Made by a program: the position numbers and the translations under genes | Assembly: GCA_965219575.1 (NCBI GenBank) | Contig: OZ244779.1 | Span: 2,220,769-2,284,768, forward strand | Direction: 5' to 3' | DNA from: Candidatus Oxydemutatoraceae bacterium | GTDB lineage: Bacteria > Pseudomonadota > Gammaproteobacteria > Poriferisulfidales > Oxydemutatoraceae | Length of the DNA: 64,000 nt | Notes under the pieces: model-generated | What the model saw: the letters and a program-made list of their open reading frames with translations, nothing else | Told to the model about the DNA's origin: nothing | The model's database searches: none | Part shown: positions 10,916-20,799 of the stretch, piece by piece | How positions within the stretch are numbered: position 1 is the first letter of the stretch | How the letters are laid out: each line of letters begins with the position of its first letter

Positions 10916-11614
10916 TTAACGGTACATCGGTTCAAAACGTTTAACGATCTGTGCAAGCGATGTAATCAACAGTGATAAGGCTATCAAAATTATCCCCAGT
11001 GCCAATGCCAGCGATAAATTACCTTTGCTGGTCTCCAGTGCGATCGTCGTTGTCATGACTCGGGTAGAATGGTTGATATTGCCGCCGACTATCAGTACCG
11101 CGCCGACTTCCGCTATACCACGTCCGAAACCTGCCAGCACCGCCGTTATCAAACTAAAGCGCGCCTCCCATAATAAAGTGCGAATGGACGCTACCGTGGT
11201 GCTGCCCAACGATAGCAATTGATCCCTATAGAGCCTCCACAGATCATCTATGGTTTGACGCACCAACGCAGTGATTATAGGCAATATCAAAAGTGTTTGG
11301 GCAATGATCATCGCAGTCGGCGTATATATCAGTTCCAATACCCCCAATGCGCCGGAACGAGACAATAACAGGTAGACGACCAGACCGACGACAACCGGCG
11401 GAAGCCCCATAAACGCATTTATCAAATTGACCCAAAAGTGTCGCGTCGGGAAACGGGCGACGGCAAGCAGTGCACCCAGCGGACAGCCGATTAACGAGGC
11501 AATCAACACCGAAGTCAGGCTAACACGCAACGACAAGAAAATAATTTCCAGCAGGTCGGGATCGAAACTCACCAAACGCAACAAGGACTCATACAAGGCA
11601 CTACTAAATTCCAT
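10916..11614 (-). CDS. tupB: Tungstate ABC transporter permease
   Basis: MGLPPVVVGL, AGFGRGIAEVGAV.IVGGNI..STRVMTT.IALET. Confidence 0.92.
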   Translation of the reverse strand: MEFSSALYESLLRLVSFDPDLLEIIFLSLRVSLTSVLIASLIGCPLGALLAVARFPTRHFWVNLINAFMGLPPVVVGLVVYLLLSRSGALGVLELIYTPTAMIIAQTLLILPIITALVRQTIDDLWRLYRDQLLSLGSTTVASIRTLLWEARFSLITAVLAGFGRGIAEVGAVLIVGGNINHSTRVMTTTIALETSKGNLSLALALGIILIALSLLITSLAQIVKRFEPMYR

Positions 11615-11750
11615 TTCGTGTGTATAATAGCAGACTATTTATAGAGCCTCCCGCTAATAAAAATACTTTTCCGGCGAGATCATCGGGTTCTGCGAGAGCC
11701 GATATGTATTTGGCATCGCTTAGATTTTTCTAAAAAACAGGAGTTATTCA

Positions 11751-12764
11751 ATGAAGATACTTTCTATCACATTTTTGCTTACTATAGGTGTGGGACAGAT
11801 TGTTTATGCAGACACCCCGGCGCGTCCCGATGACCATGCACCTATCGGGGTCATGGGAGATCACGGACATAAAAAAGGGGAATTGATGTTGTCTTATCGC
11901 TACGGGCGTATGGAAATGGACGGCAATCGCTCGGGATCCAGAAATATAAGCTCCGACGAAGTACGAAGGTCGTTCTTCGTGTCGCCGCTGGAAATGACTA
12001 TGGAAATGCATATGTTCGGTGCGATGTACGGTCTCGGTAATAACCTAACTCTAATGGCCATGCTGCCTTATGTAGATAAATCTATGGATCTGGTAACCCG
12101 TGGCGGCAGAAGGTTCACAACTCGTGCCAGAGGTTTGGGTGATATCAAATTAATGGGAATATACACGCTCTATAATGAAGAGTACGGTGAAGAGTCTTCG
12201 CATAATTTGAACCTAAATTTAGGTTTGAGTTTGCCTACCGGCGATACGAATAAAAAGGACTATACACCGATGAGTGGAGACATGCGTGTACGCTTACCTT
12301 ATCCGATGCAACTCGGCTCCGGCACATACGATCCGATGCTGGGCATAACTTATACCAACCTGCAACCACAATGGTCGTGGGGGTTGCAGTTCAAAACCAT
12401 GCAACGATTGGGCAAGAACAACGAAGGTTATCGTTTGGGAGACGAATACCATGCGAGCACATGGGCGGCATATCGACACTCCGATTATTTGAGTGCTTCG
12501 GTGCGTCTCAACGGAAAGTCTTGGAACAATATATCGGGAAGAGATGAAAGGTTAAATCCGGCAATAGTACCGACTGCGCGCACGGATCTACGCGGCGGCG
12601 AGCGCGCCGAACTCGGCATCGGCATCAACTTTATACAACAGGATGGGATGTTCAAAAATCATCGCCTTGCGGCAGAATTTATACTACCTTTTTACCAGCA
12701 TTTAGACGGACCTCAGCTCGAGGTCGACTATGCTTACACTTTAGGCTGGCAGGCAACTTTTTAA
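11751..12764 (+). CDS. Outer-membrane beta-barrel transporter (Phenol_MetA_deg/SphA-like), His/Met-rich N-terminus
   Basis: Signal peptide, PDDHAPIGVMGDH, GLGDI, LSLPTG, YPMQLGSGT, C-terminal aromatic (WQATF). Confidence 0.75.
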   Translation: MKILSITFLLTIGVGQIVYADTPARPDDHAPIGVMGDHGHKKGELMLSYRYGRMEMDGNRSGSRNISSDEVRRSFFVSPLEMTMEMHMFGAMYGLGNNLTLMAMLPYVDKSMDLVTRGGRRFTTRARGLGDIKLMGIYTLYNEEYGEESSHNLNLNLGLSLPTGDTNKKDYTPMSGDMRVRLPYPMQLGSGTYDPMLGITYTNLQPQWSWGLQFKTMQRLGKNNEGYRLGDEYHASTWAAYRHSDYLSASVRLNGKSWNNISGRDERLNPAIVPTARTDLRGGERAELGIGINFIQQDGMFKNHRLAAEFILPFYQHLDGPQLEVDYAYTLGWQATF

Positions 12765-12798
12765 GGGAGTGCATTTTGTGACTTGCGCAGACACATCA

Positions 12799-13670
12799 CG
12801 CTGTTGAAAAAGTACTGTCTTTGCACAGTTGCAACCGTTTGCGCCGTGAATACTTGTAAACCAACCGTAGGGGCGGACTAAAATTAAATTGCCGATTGAC
12901 CTACCGGTTCAATCGGCGGCCTTATCCTGCCCGTAACGCGCTGGTTGGCACGATTTATACATTCATTCACCCGATTTATGGAAACCAAAACCATACGGCG
13001 TAAGCGGTTGCGGTTATTCCGGACGGTACTTAAGGGCAGACATCAGAGTTGCCGATTGACCTACCGGTTCAATCGGCGGCTTTATTCAGCCTTACGGGGT
13101 GGTTGCATCTTGACGCTGTTGAAAAAGTATCGTCAGCGTGCAACCGTAATCGCTTGCGCCATGAATACTTGTAAACCAACCGTAGGGGCGGACTTGCATG
13201 TCCGCCCGTAACGCGCTGGTTGGCACGATTTATACATTCATTCACCCGATTTATGGAAACCAAAACCATACGGCGCAAGCGGTTGCGGTTATTCCGGACG
13301 GTACTTAAGGGCAGACATCAGAGTTGCCGATTGACCTACCGGTTCAATCGGCGGCCTTATCCTGCCCGTAACGCGTTGCACCTGCACAATCAATACATTC
13401 ATCCATTTGATCTATGGAAACCATAATCGGGTGGCGCAAAGCGGTTAGGTTTGTGCATGACGTCAGTTAAGGGCAGACACACAGGTCTGCCCCTACGGCT
13501 TGGTGGTTATTGTAAATTTACGGCGCAAGCGGTTACGATTGTGCAACGATATTTTTTCAACAGCCCCATCATATCCGTACAATTTATAAATTGCACCCAG
13601 TTTATGGAAACCAAAACCATACGGCGCAAGCGGTTGCAATTGTACAAGAGCAGTACTTTTTCAACAGCCC
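12799..13670. repeat. Composite palindromic repeat array with an internal 275-bp tandem duplication
   Basis: Same modules as the 4011 array; near-identical segments begin at 12945 and 13220. Confidence 0.92.
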
Positions 13671-13680
13671 TAGTGCTATA

Positions 13681-13717
13681 TGTAACAAGCCCTGACTTAA
13701 CATCAGGGCTTGTTACA
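13681..13717. terminator. Perfect 15-bp hairpin, likely terminator of the histone-like gene
   Basis: TGTAACAAGCCCTGA-cttaaca-TCAGGGCTTGTTACA, about 10 bp past the stop at 13727. Confidence 0.6.
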
Positions 13718-13726
13718 AAAGAGACA

Positions 13727-14062
13727 TTATTTTCTCTTTTTGGTCGTAGACTTCTTCTTAGGAGCAGCCTTCTTCTTGGTCGTAGACTTCTTCTTAGGAG
13801 CAGCCTTCTTCTTAGTCGTGGCTTTCTTCTTAGGAGCAGCCTTCTTCTTGGTCGTAGACTTCTTCTTGGGAGCAGCCTTCTTCTTGGTCGTAGACTTCTT
13901 CTTAGGAGCAGCCTTCTTCTTAGTCGTGGCCTTCTTCTTAGGAGCAGCCTTCTTCTTCAAAGCGGCACTTGCCGCTTTACGTTTGGCTAGTACCGACCGC
14001 TTTTTAGTAGCACCCGACTTTTTCTTTACCAGCCTTTTTATAGTTCTACGTTTGGTAGCCAT
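13727..14062 (-). CDS. Histone H1-like Lys/Ala-rich nucleoid protein
   Basis: 111 aa; alternating KKKAAPK / KK(A/S)TTK units (42-bp period); AGGGG RBS upstream. Confidence 0.85.
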   Translation of the reverse strand: MATKRRTIKRLVKKKSGATKKRSVLAKRKAASAALKKKAAPKKKATTKKKAAPKKKSTTKKKAAPKKKSTTKKKAAPKKKATTKKKAAPKKKSTTKKKAAPKKKSTTKKRK

Positions 14063-14170
14063 TGTCTATCCCCTTTCAGGTTATGTAGAATATTAATCGG
14101 CTAAGCCGCCCTGCCGAATATTTTTTAATATACGACACGACCGCCGTCGCCGTTCTTAGTGGACGAGACA

Positions 14171-14348
14171 CCCCCGACAATGCCGTTTTCACCCGGAATC
14201 CTAGTCCCTTAGGTATAGGAGTGGTGCTGCATCTAATGCCTTTAGGCTTCTCACTAGTTTGAGCATGCACACCGGCATCACCGCAACACACCTTAAATGT
14301 AAAATACGGTAAAGGATTATGTGGATGATTAACGCACATCACAGGGAT
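14171..14348 (-). ncRNA. ssrS: 6S RNA
   Basis: Directly after zapA; ~180 nt; 5' CCCTGTGATGTGCGTT pairs with 3' AACGGCATTGTCGGGG; internal GTG.GCATGCTC...GAGAAGCCT resembles the enterobacterial 6S core. Confidence 0.8.
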
Positions 14349-14689
14349 ATCTCAGAAATCTTATGCATCGCATCGTCGGCATCCGATTGCGCAAAACTGC
14401 TTTTGATTCGCTCAATCAGCTTTTCAGCCTCCACTGCTCTGCCGGAAACCGTCGTATTCAGCTTTATGAGCTCATAGCTTAGATTCAAAGCGATAACCGC
14501 CAATAGATTGTCTCGGTTCCATACCACTTCCAAGGATTTCGTGCCTTGCGTTCTATGCTTGAGCACCTCTACTTGATTGTTTAGAAATGAAACCGCTTCT
14601 TTCAGATCTTCTTGTTGCTGCCGAGGACATAAGACGGAATAAAGTTTGCCCATAATACTGACTTCGACTTTCTGCTTATCGTCATTCAT
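14339..14689 (-). CDS. zapA: Cell division protein ZapA
   Basis: VSIMGKLYSVLCP...L..AV.FLN, AVIALNLSYEL; synteny with ssrS and pepP. Confidence 0.88.
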   Translation of the reverse strand: MNDDKQKVEVSIMGKLYSVLCPRQQQEDLKEAVSFLNNQVEVLKHRTQGTKSLEVVWNRDNLLAVIALNLSYELIKLNTTVSGRAVEAEKLIERIKSSFAQSDADDAMHKISEISL

Positions 14690-14924
14690 AAGAAACTTTT
14701 CCTTCCATATTCTTAAGACGATCTAAAAGTGATTCTATTTTGCTTTTTACTTGTCTGCTTTTTTCCGCTAATGCCGAGTTCTCGGAAACTAGGGCTTGGT
14801 TTTGTTGATGAAGTAATTTGTTTTCTTCTTTTAGTTTGTCATGACTATCTAGCAATTTCGAAACTTGCGCTTCAAGTTCCGATATAGAATTCAAACTACC
14901 CTCGTTAGAAATTAACTCATCCAT
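14682..14924 (-). CDS. Small coiled-coil protein (TIGR02449/ZapB-like)
   Basis: 80-aa coiled coil upstream of zapA: LEAQVSKLL...LKEEN..L. Confidence 0.75.
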   Translation of the reverse strand: MDELISNEGSLNSISELEAQVSKLLDSHDKLKEENKLLHQQNQALVSENSALAEKSRQVKSKIESLLDRLKNMEGKVSYE

Positions 14925-15250
14925 ATTAGGTATTGATAATATAACTTTTTTTTTCTACGTCAAGTTTTTTTTCTGTTTTGCATAGACGATTATTTTTGAT
15001 ATCGAAGTATAAAAGTACGGTTTTAATACGAGTACGATTCGAAAAAATTATAAAATGCTCGGTGGCACGACGAATGTATCGGCATGTATAAACAAAAGAA
15101 AAACGGCGAAATAAGGCTGTTTATCAGTGACTTAAGCGCGCCGTTGCCGGCAATACAAAGTCTTTATACGATATACAAAAGTGGTGCAGTATTTTATCTA
15201 AACACTATAATAGATGTTTGGAGTTGGAACAATTTTGTGAGTAAAGAAAG

Positions 15251-16573
15251 TTGACTAAAAAAAATATTTTTCAAAAAGAATTGGAGAGTCGTCGAAAACG
15301 TATTCTGAAATCGGCAGGCTACGATGCCGTCGTGTGCATGTTCGCCACGGAACAAAAGAACTATTCAAACGATGTTTATTATCCGTATCGCCAAGATAGT
15401 AACTTTTACTACTTGAACGGTAGTGTCGAAGATCGAATGATTATGGTGTTGGCACCGGGGCATTCTTTCGGTGATTATATTTTGTTCTGCACTCCGAACG
15501 ACGAACATACTATTGTATGGGAAGGTGCGCGTATCGGTCTTAGCCGTGCAAAACGCACGCTCGGTGCAGACAAAGTTTTTCCTATAGATAAATTCGACGA
15601 AATCTTTCCTCTACTAATCAACAACAGACAGTATCTGTACTGCGATACCTTTGACATCGATAAATTCTCACAGCTCGCAACACTATGCCGACAAATCCGC
15701 CGTAAGCAGCGAAACCACGCCATACCTAGCTATTATGCCGATATCAGCGTATTGCTCGGCGAGCTACGCCTCAAAAAATCCAAGCTGGAAATTGAAACGA
15801 TGCAAAAGGCTGTTGCTATCACTAACATCGCTCATCGACGGATGATGCAAATGTGTCGTCCGGGACTATACGAGTACGAAGTCGATGCGGAGATTATGAG
15901 TGTATTTCACCAACATCACGCACGCCCCGCCTATCCCTCGATAGTAGCCGGTGGAGCCAACGCGTGTGTACTACACTATACAGACAATAAAAGCCGACTG
16001 AAATCCGGAGACTTGCTACTCGTAGATGCCGGGGCCGAATACCGAATGTATGCCAGCGATATAACCCGCACTATCCCTGTTAGTAAGCGTTTTAATAGTC
16101 ATCAAAAAGAACTCTACGAAGTCGTCTTGGAAGCACAACTAAAAGCGATTGCCAAAGTGCAAATCGGCAACAACTGGCTCGATGTCAACAACGCCGCAGT
16201 GCGCGCTTTAACCCGAGGCTTGATCGACACAGGCTTATTAAAGGGTTCTTTGTCCGCTTTGCTTAAACGCGCTGCTTACAGAGATTTTTATATGCACGGG
16301 ATCGGACACTGGCTGGGATTGGATGTGCACGACACGGTGGGTCATAACAAAGACAAATCGGGTAAACCACGATGTTTTGAAGCAGGCATGGTGCTAACCG
16401 TAGAACCGGGGTTGTATATAAGCAATAAAAGTAATATCGCTAAGCAATTCCGCAATACGGGAATTCGTATAGAAGACGATGTGCTGGTAACAACCCGAGG
16501 TCCCGAAGTGCTCAGCAAACATTTAGTGAAAAATGTAGACGACATTGAATCTGCGATGTCCGAAGCGGAATAA
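15251..16573 (+). CDS. pepP: Xaa-Pro aminopeptidase
   Basis: YRQDSNFYYL, LVDAGAEY..YASDITRT, HGIGHWLGLDVHD, TVEPGLY, GIRIEDD. Confidence 0.96.
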   Translation: MTKKNIFQKELESRRKRILKSAGYDAVVCMFATEQKNYSNDVYYPYRQDSNFYYLNGSVEDRMIMVLAPGHSFGDYILFCTPNDEHTIVWEGARIGLSRAKRTLGADKVFPIDKFDEIFPLLINNRQYLYCDTFDIDKFSQLATLCRQIRRKQRNHAIPSYYADISVLLGELRLKKSKLEIETMQKAVAITNIAHRRMMQMCRPGLYEYEVDAEIMSVFHQHHARPAYPSIVAGGANACVLHYTDNKSRLKSGDLLLVDAGAEYRMYASDITRTIPVSKRFNSHQKELYEVVLEAQLKAIAKVQIGNNWLDVNNAAVRALTRGLIDTGLLKGSLSALLKRAAYRDFYMHGIGHWLGLDVHDTVGHNKDKSGKPRCFEAGMVLTVEPGLYISNKSNIAKQFRNTGIRIEDDVLVTTRGPEVLSKHLVKNVDDIESAMSEAE

Positions 16574-16576
16574 ATA

Positions 16577-17803
16577 GTGCAATACGATATCGCTATTATA
16601 GGGGCGGGACTCACCGGTGCTACGGCGGCGATCGCATTGCAAAACTGCGCAAGGTCTATCGTCATCATAGATGCACACGATATTAAGAATGCCGCAAACA
16701 AAATACCGCTACGCGGAATTGCACTTTCCGACGGTAGCCGCAGGATATTGCAAAATATCGATGTATGGAACACTATCAAGGACGATACTTGTGCGGTGCG
16801 GGAGATTAGGGTGTCGCGCAAGAATGCTTTCGGCACAACTCGCATCCGTGCCGAAGACGAGGGCATAGACGCTTTGGGTTGTGTTATTCGTGCTGCGGAT
16901 TTATTGACCGGCTTGCATCGAACGCTACTTAAATTGGACAATCTAAAGGTATATTCGTCAACTCTGGTGGAAGCTGCAAAGGATCACGGCACATACATAT
17001 CGTTGTCGCTCAAACAAAAGGGCGAATTACACACTATTAAAACACGGCTGTTGATATTAGCATCCGGACGACAAAATAATATCAGCGAGGCATTGGGGTT
17101 CTCTTTTAGGTATAAAAACTACCGGCAGTCGGCTGTCGTCGCCCGTATACATAGCGAGTCACTCGAACAACATGTTGCGCACGAACGATTTACCGAGGAT
17201 GGGTTAATCGCAGTATTACCTCATCAACCCGCCGGAGTGCGTATCATCGGCAGAGTTTATGTAGGCGAGACGGGAGAACGAGCAATGACTCTATCCGACA
17301 CCGACTTTTTAGAACGACTGCAACAAGATTTAGGACAACGTATCGGCAAGATACGCGAAATAGGAAAACGGGATATCTACCCGTTGATTTTATGCTACGC
17401 CCGACGCATCGCCATAGGAAGGACGGTATTACTCGGCGACAGCGCACAAACTATTCATCCCGTCGGTGGTCAAGGGTTGAACCTTGCGTTGCGAGATATC
17501 GCCTTTTTGGTGGAACATCTGCACGGCGCACTACCCGACGCAAGTGTATCGGATTTGCTCCAAAGCTATAGCCGAGAAAGGGCAAGCGATGTACGCAAAG
17601 TGATGTATTTTACTCATTCGCTAGCCAAACTCTGTGTCGGATTAAAGCAACCTCTCGCACCTTTGTTGGGAGCCAGTTTAACCATGCTGGATATGCTACC
17701 GTTCGTACGGCGTATTTTAGTTCGCAAAACCCTAGGCTTGTCGCCGCCCTGGCCTCGCCTCGCAAGTGGAACAACGCTTAGTTCGGGCAATGCAGAAATT
17801 TGA
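16577..17803 (+). CDS. ubiH: 2-octaprenyl-6-methoxyphenol hydroxylase
   Basis: GAGLTG FAD motif, HERFT, GDSAQTIHPVGGQGLNL.LRD; after pepP. Confidence 0.85.
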   Translation: MQYDIAIIGAGLTGATAAIALQNCARSIVIIDAHDIKNAANKIPLRGIALSDGSRRILQNIDVWNTIKDDTCAVREIRVSRKNAFGTTRIRAEDEGIDALGCVIRAADLLTGLHRTLLKLDNLKVYSSTLVEAAKDHGTYISLSLKQKGELHTIKTRLLILASGRQNNISEALGFSFRYKNYRQSAVVARIHSESLEQHVAHERFTEDGLIAVLPHQPAGVRIIGRVYVGETGERAMTLSDTDFLERLQQDLGQRIGKIREIGKRDIYPLILCYARRIAIGRTVLLGDSAQTIHPVGGQGLNLALRDIAFLVEHLHGALPDASVSDLLQSYSRERASDVRKVMYFTHSLAKLCVGLKQPLAPLLGASLTMLDMLPFVRRILVRKTLGLSPPWPRLASGTTLSSGNAEI

Positions 17804-18959
17804 TCTACCCGTTGCCGTAGTGGGCGGCGGTGCTATCGGTTTAAGCTGTGCCGTCTGCTTAGCACAACGCAATATAAAAGTACGGCTATTTGCCGAGCAC
17901 CCCGAAGAACTCGACTTGGATACACGGCATTACGACGCGCGTACTTATGCGCTGAGTCAAGCCTCGGTTGCGCTTTTGGAAGATGCACAAGTGATGCCGC
18001 TGATTACACGCTACTCGAATTTTGAAGCCTTAAAGGTGTGGGATGCCGGCGGCGGGCATATACATTTTGATGCCAGCGATATCGGCGCGCCACGCTTGGG
18101 CATCATCGTCGAGCATAAATACTTGATAAATGCCTTGTGGCAACGCATAGAGCAACTACACGCTATCCAATACGACAATATGCAGATAGTATCGACATAT
18201 ATATCAAAAGACGGTGTTTTGAATGCGAAACTAGACAGCAGTGATGAACAGCGGCAGTTTTCATTGATTATCGGTGCCGACGGGGTGCGGTCGCAAATCC
18301 GCCGATTGATGAACGTCCGATGGTCGGTACGGGATTATCGCCAAACCGCTTTCGCTTATATAGTGCAGACCACCGAAAATCATCAATTTACCGGATGGCA
18401 GCGTTTCTCGGGCAACGGAGTGTTGGCATTTCTACCGCTGGCGGATCGCGTTTGCGCCGTCGTATGGTCGTGTCCGAATGCATTGGCACACCGAATTGCA
18501 AAACTAGATACGGAGGAGTTGATCGACAGAACGAGCCAAGAAATAGAGGGTCGCTTCGGAAAACTATCGGTAATGAGCGAAGTTTGTGCTTTTGAACTTC
18601 AAGGGGGTCATGTCGATCGGTATGTTGTGCCGGGTATGTTATTGATGGGAGATGCAGCGCATAACATCCACCCTTTAGCGGGCCAAGGCGCAAACTTAGG
18701 CTTTGCCGACTTGGGTGTGCTGTTGGATTTAATGGACAGCAATCCTTCTATGAGGCTGAACTATCCTTTGTTGCGTCGTTATCAACGCAGGATCAAAGGC
18801 CGTAATCAGTGTATGAAAGTCGGGTTGGAAAACTTGCTGTGGCTATTTTCCAATCGTTCGTCTTTATGCACCTATGCGAGAACAGGCGGATTACGATTGA
18901 TTAACCGAATGCCGACATTAAAGAATTTTTTCATACGCCGAGCGGGGAGTACCGGCTGA
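17790..18959 (+). CDS. ubiI: UbiI/UbiF-family FAD-dependent hydroxylase
   Basis: GGGAIG, GADG.RS, GDAAHNIHPLAGQGANLG; pepP-ubiH-ubiI order. Confidence 0.75.
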   Translation: MQKFDLPVAVVGGGAIGLSCAVCLAQRNIKVRLFAEHPEELDLDTRHYDARTYALSQASVALLEDAQVMPLITRYSNFEALKVWDAGGGHIHFDASDIGAPRLGIIVEHKYLINALWQRIEQLHAIQYDNMQIVSTYISKDGVLNAKLDSSDEQRQFSLIIGADGVRSQIRRLMNVRWSVRDYRQTAFAYIVQTTENHQFTGWQRFSGNGVLAFLPLADRVCAVVWSCPNALAHRIAKLDTEELIDRTSQEIEGRFGKLSVMSEVCAFELQGGHVDRYVVPGMLLMGDAAHNIHPLAGQGANLGFADLGVLLDLMDSNPSMRLNYPLLRRYQRRIKGRNQCMKVGLENLLWLFSNRSSLCTYARTGGLRLINRMPTLKNFFIRRAGSTG

Positions 18960-18994
18960 CGCTTAAACAACCCCAATGCAACCGACATGCGTTA

Positions 18995-19343
18995 GGCAGA
19001 CCATTCCCCTCCTGTGTAGGGGGGATAGGCGAAGCCTGACGGGGTGGTCGCGAAGGGTTGGCACAAATATAATGCCGGTACATTCCCCTCCTGTGGAGGG
19101 GTGGCAGGCGCAGCCTGACGGGGTGGTCGCATCGTGGGACTGTTGAAAAAGTGCGGCATCGTACGAATCCAATCACTTGCGCCATTTGGTTTTGGTTTCC
19201 ATAATTTGGATGGATGAATGTATAAATCGTGTAGGCACAACGCGTTACGGGCGGACATGTTAGTCCGCCCCTACGGGTGGTTTGAAAATATTCACGGCGC
19301 AAGCGGTTACGATTGCGCCGTGACGATACTTTTTCAAAAGCCC
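18995..19343. repeat. Composite palindromic repeat array
   Basis: Two CCCCTCC..GGAGGGG modules, then a full TIR-bounded unit with a GTAG-REP hairpin. Confidence 0.9.
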
Positions 19344-19357
19344 TGAATAGTCTCTTT

Positions 19358-19867
19358 CTATGAGTCTTCTTTAAGAGCCTTTAATGCTTTATCGTAGTCA
19401 GGTTCATCGCTGATTTCACTCACTAATTCTGCATGTTTGACTACATCCGCTTTATCCAGAACCACGATTGCTCTCGCCGTGATTCCTGCGAGTGGTCCGT
19501 CTTCTATTAGAACGCCGTAATCTTTGGCAAAATTTCTGGAGCGCATCATAGAAAGCGGTATGACATTCTTTTGCGATTCGGCATCGCAAAAACGCGACAT
19601 CGCAAAAGGCAAGTCGGCAGATACGATTATGCAAATACTGTCTTCCAGTGCACCCACCGCTTCGTTAAATTTTTTGGTCGATGTAGCACAGACCGGCGTA
19701 TCCAAGCTAGGAACTATAGATATCAATTTTTTCTTGCCCTTGAAGTTGGAAAGAGAAATATCTTCTAAATCCTTATTCACCAGCAAAAAATCCGGTGCTT
19801 GCGTGCCGATAGCGGGTATCTTACCGTTGGTATGTATTTCGTTACCTTGTAGAGATATAGTAGCCAT
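19358..19867 (-). CDS. tpx: Thiol peroxidase (atypical 2-Cys peroxiredoxin)
   Basis: VPSLDTPVC, SADLPFA..RFC, GPLAG.TARA, EPDYD.AL. Confidence 0.95.
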   Translation of the reverse strand: MATISLQGNEIHTNGKIPAIGTQAPDFLLVNKDLEDISLSNFKGKKKLISIVPSLDTPVCATSTKKFNEAVGALEDSICIIVSADLPFAMSRFCDAESQKNVIPLSMMRSRNFAKDYGVLIEDGPLAGITARAIVVLDKADVVKHAELVSEISDEPDYDKALKALKEDS

Positions 19868-20006
19868 TATCAAGTCCTCCTTAATAGGTCATGAGAGGGT
19901 ATTATACCCGTTTTGTAGTCAAAAGGCTTGCATATTGAACGATAAGGTTTTAGAAGATTTACGCTAAAAAAAAGAATAGCTAAAAATGCTTGTAATTCAT
20001 TCATTT

Positions 20007-20615
20007 TCACGCATTAAGTCGTAAACTGCTCAATGTCCGAATTATGGATTGATATATCATAGCGCGGTGAAAAATTATTAGTGCGCCGAGCACACCTACG
20101 AAAGCACCGATTAAATGGACTTCCGAAACAACTTGTATATTCAGATATTCGGCTGTAGACGATCCCCTATCGGAAAAGTTTTCTACGAATATCTTTACGA
20201 TTAACAATAGCAGAATAATCCATGCAAATTTCTGTCGGTCTTTAATCCATGCTATTAAGATATAAGCAAAATATCCATGTAAGACACCCGACAATCCACC
20301 GTAATATACAACTTCGGGAATAAATAAATATAAGCCTGCGGAGATTGATAATGTTAGTACGAACAATAAGATTACCCACTTTGTGGGTGATAGATAACTA
20401 ATGCCTAGAAAGAATATAATAATCCACGCAATCAAGTTGATTACCAAATGCTTGTTGTTTAGATGCACAAAATGACCGCTGAATAAACGCCATAACTCTC
20501 CTTGTTCTAGTGCTTGTCTCTGGTATATAAAAAGTTCCTGATAATACGTGCAGATAAGCGCGGTGAGGATAACCAAGACGGCATAATAGCAGTTGTAAAG
20601 TTTAGAAAAAGACAT
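20007..20615 (-). CDS. rrtA: Rhombosortase (rhomboid protease for GlyGly-CTERM proteins)
   Basis: GELWRLFSGHFVHL...HL..N, YGGLSGVLHG (catalytic Ser), H..GA..G; adjacent to a GlyGly-CTERM gene. Confidence 0.88.
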   Translation of the reverse strand: MSFSKLYNCYYAVLVILTALICTYYQELFIYQRQALEQGELWRLFSGHFVHLNNKHLVINLIAWIIIFFLGISYLSPTKWVILLFVLTLSISAGLYLFIPEVVYYGGLSGVLHGYFAYILIAWIKDRQKFAWIILLLLIVKIFVENFSDRGSSTAEYLNIQVVSEVHLIGAFVGVLGALIIFHRAMIYQSIIRTLSSLRLNA

Positions 20616-20665
20616 CGAAGGTATAAAAACACATTATAAGTCATCTAGGGCTGCCTATTGAACTT

Positions 20666-20780
20666 GTAGGGGCGGACTTGCATGTCCGCCCGATAGGTTA
20701 ATCGGCAATTCAATGATGCCCCGTCTAACATGCCTGTTACAATGCAAATGCAGTAGGGCGGATATATAATCCGCCCTATA
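20666..20780. repeat. GTAG-REP hairpins
   Basis: GTAGGGGCGGACTTGCATGTCCGCCC and GTAGGGCGGATATATAATCCGCCCTA. Confidence 0.8.
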
Positions 20781-20799
20781 CAGCATTTTCAAGAAATTA

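Noticed and set aside
11640-11750. Moco/tungsten or cobalamin riboswitch between tupB and the barrel gene
   Set aside because: I could not identify the conserved motifs; an Rfam scan is needed.
12945-13426. ORFs 'MARFIHSFTRFMETKT...' and similar short ORFs at 4144, 18931-19302, 26974, 30694-31225, 38782-39290, 42235, 52359-52910 and 62777
   Set aside because: Translations of the non-coding repeat modules; frames and stops are not conserved between copies.
12799-13670. Repeat arrays as CRISPR arrays
   Set aside because: Modules occur in both orientations with irregular periods, the spacers are related to one another, and no cas genes are present.
13451-14096. Plus-strand Leu-rich and Phe-rich repeat ORFs
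   Set aside because: Antisense shadows of the Lys-rich histone-like gene.
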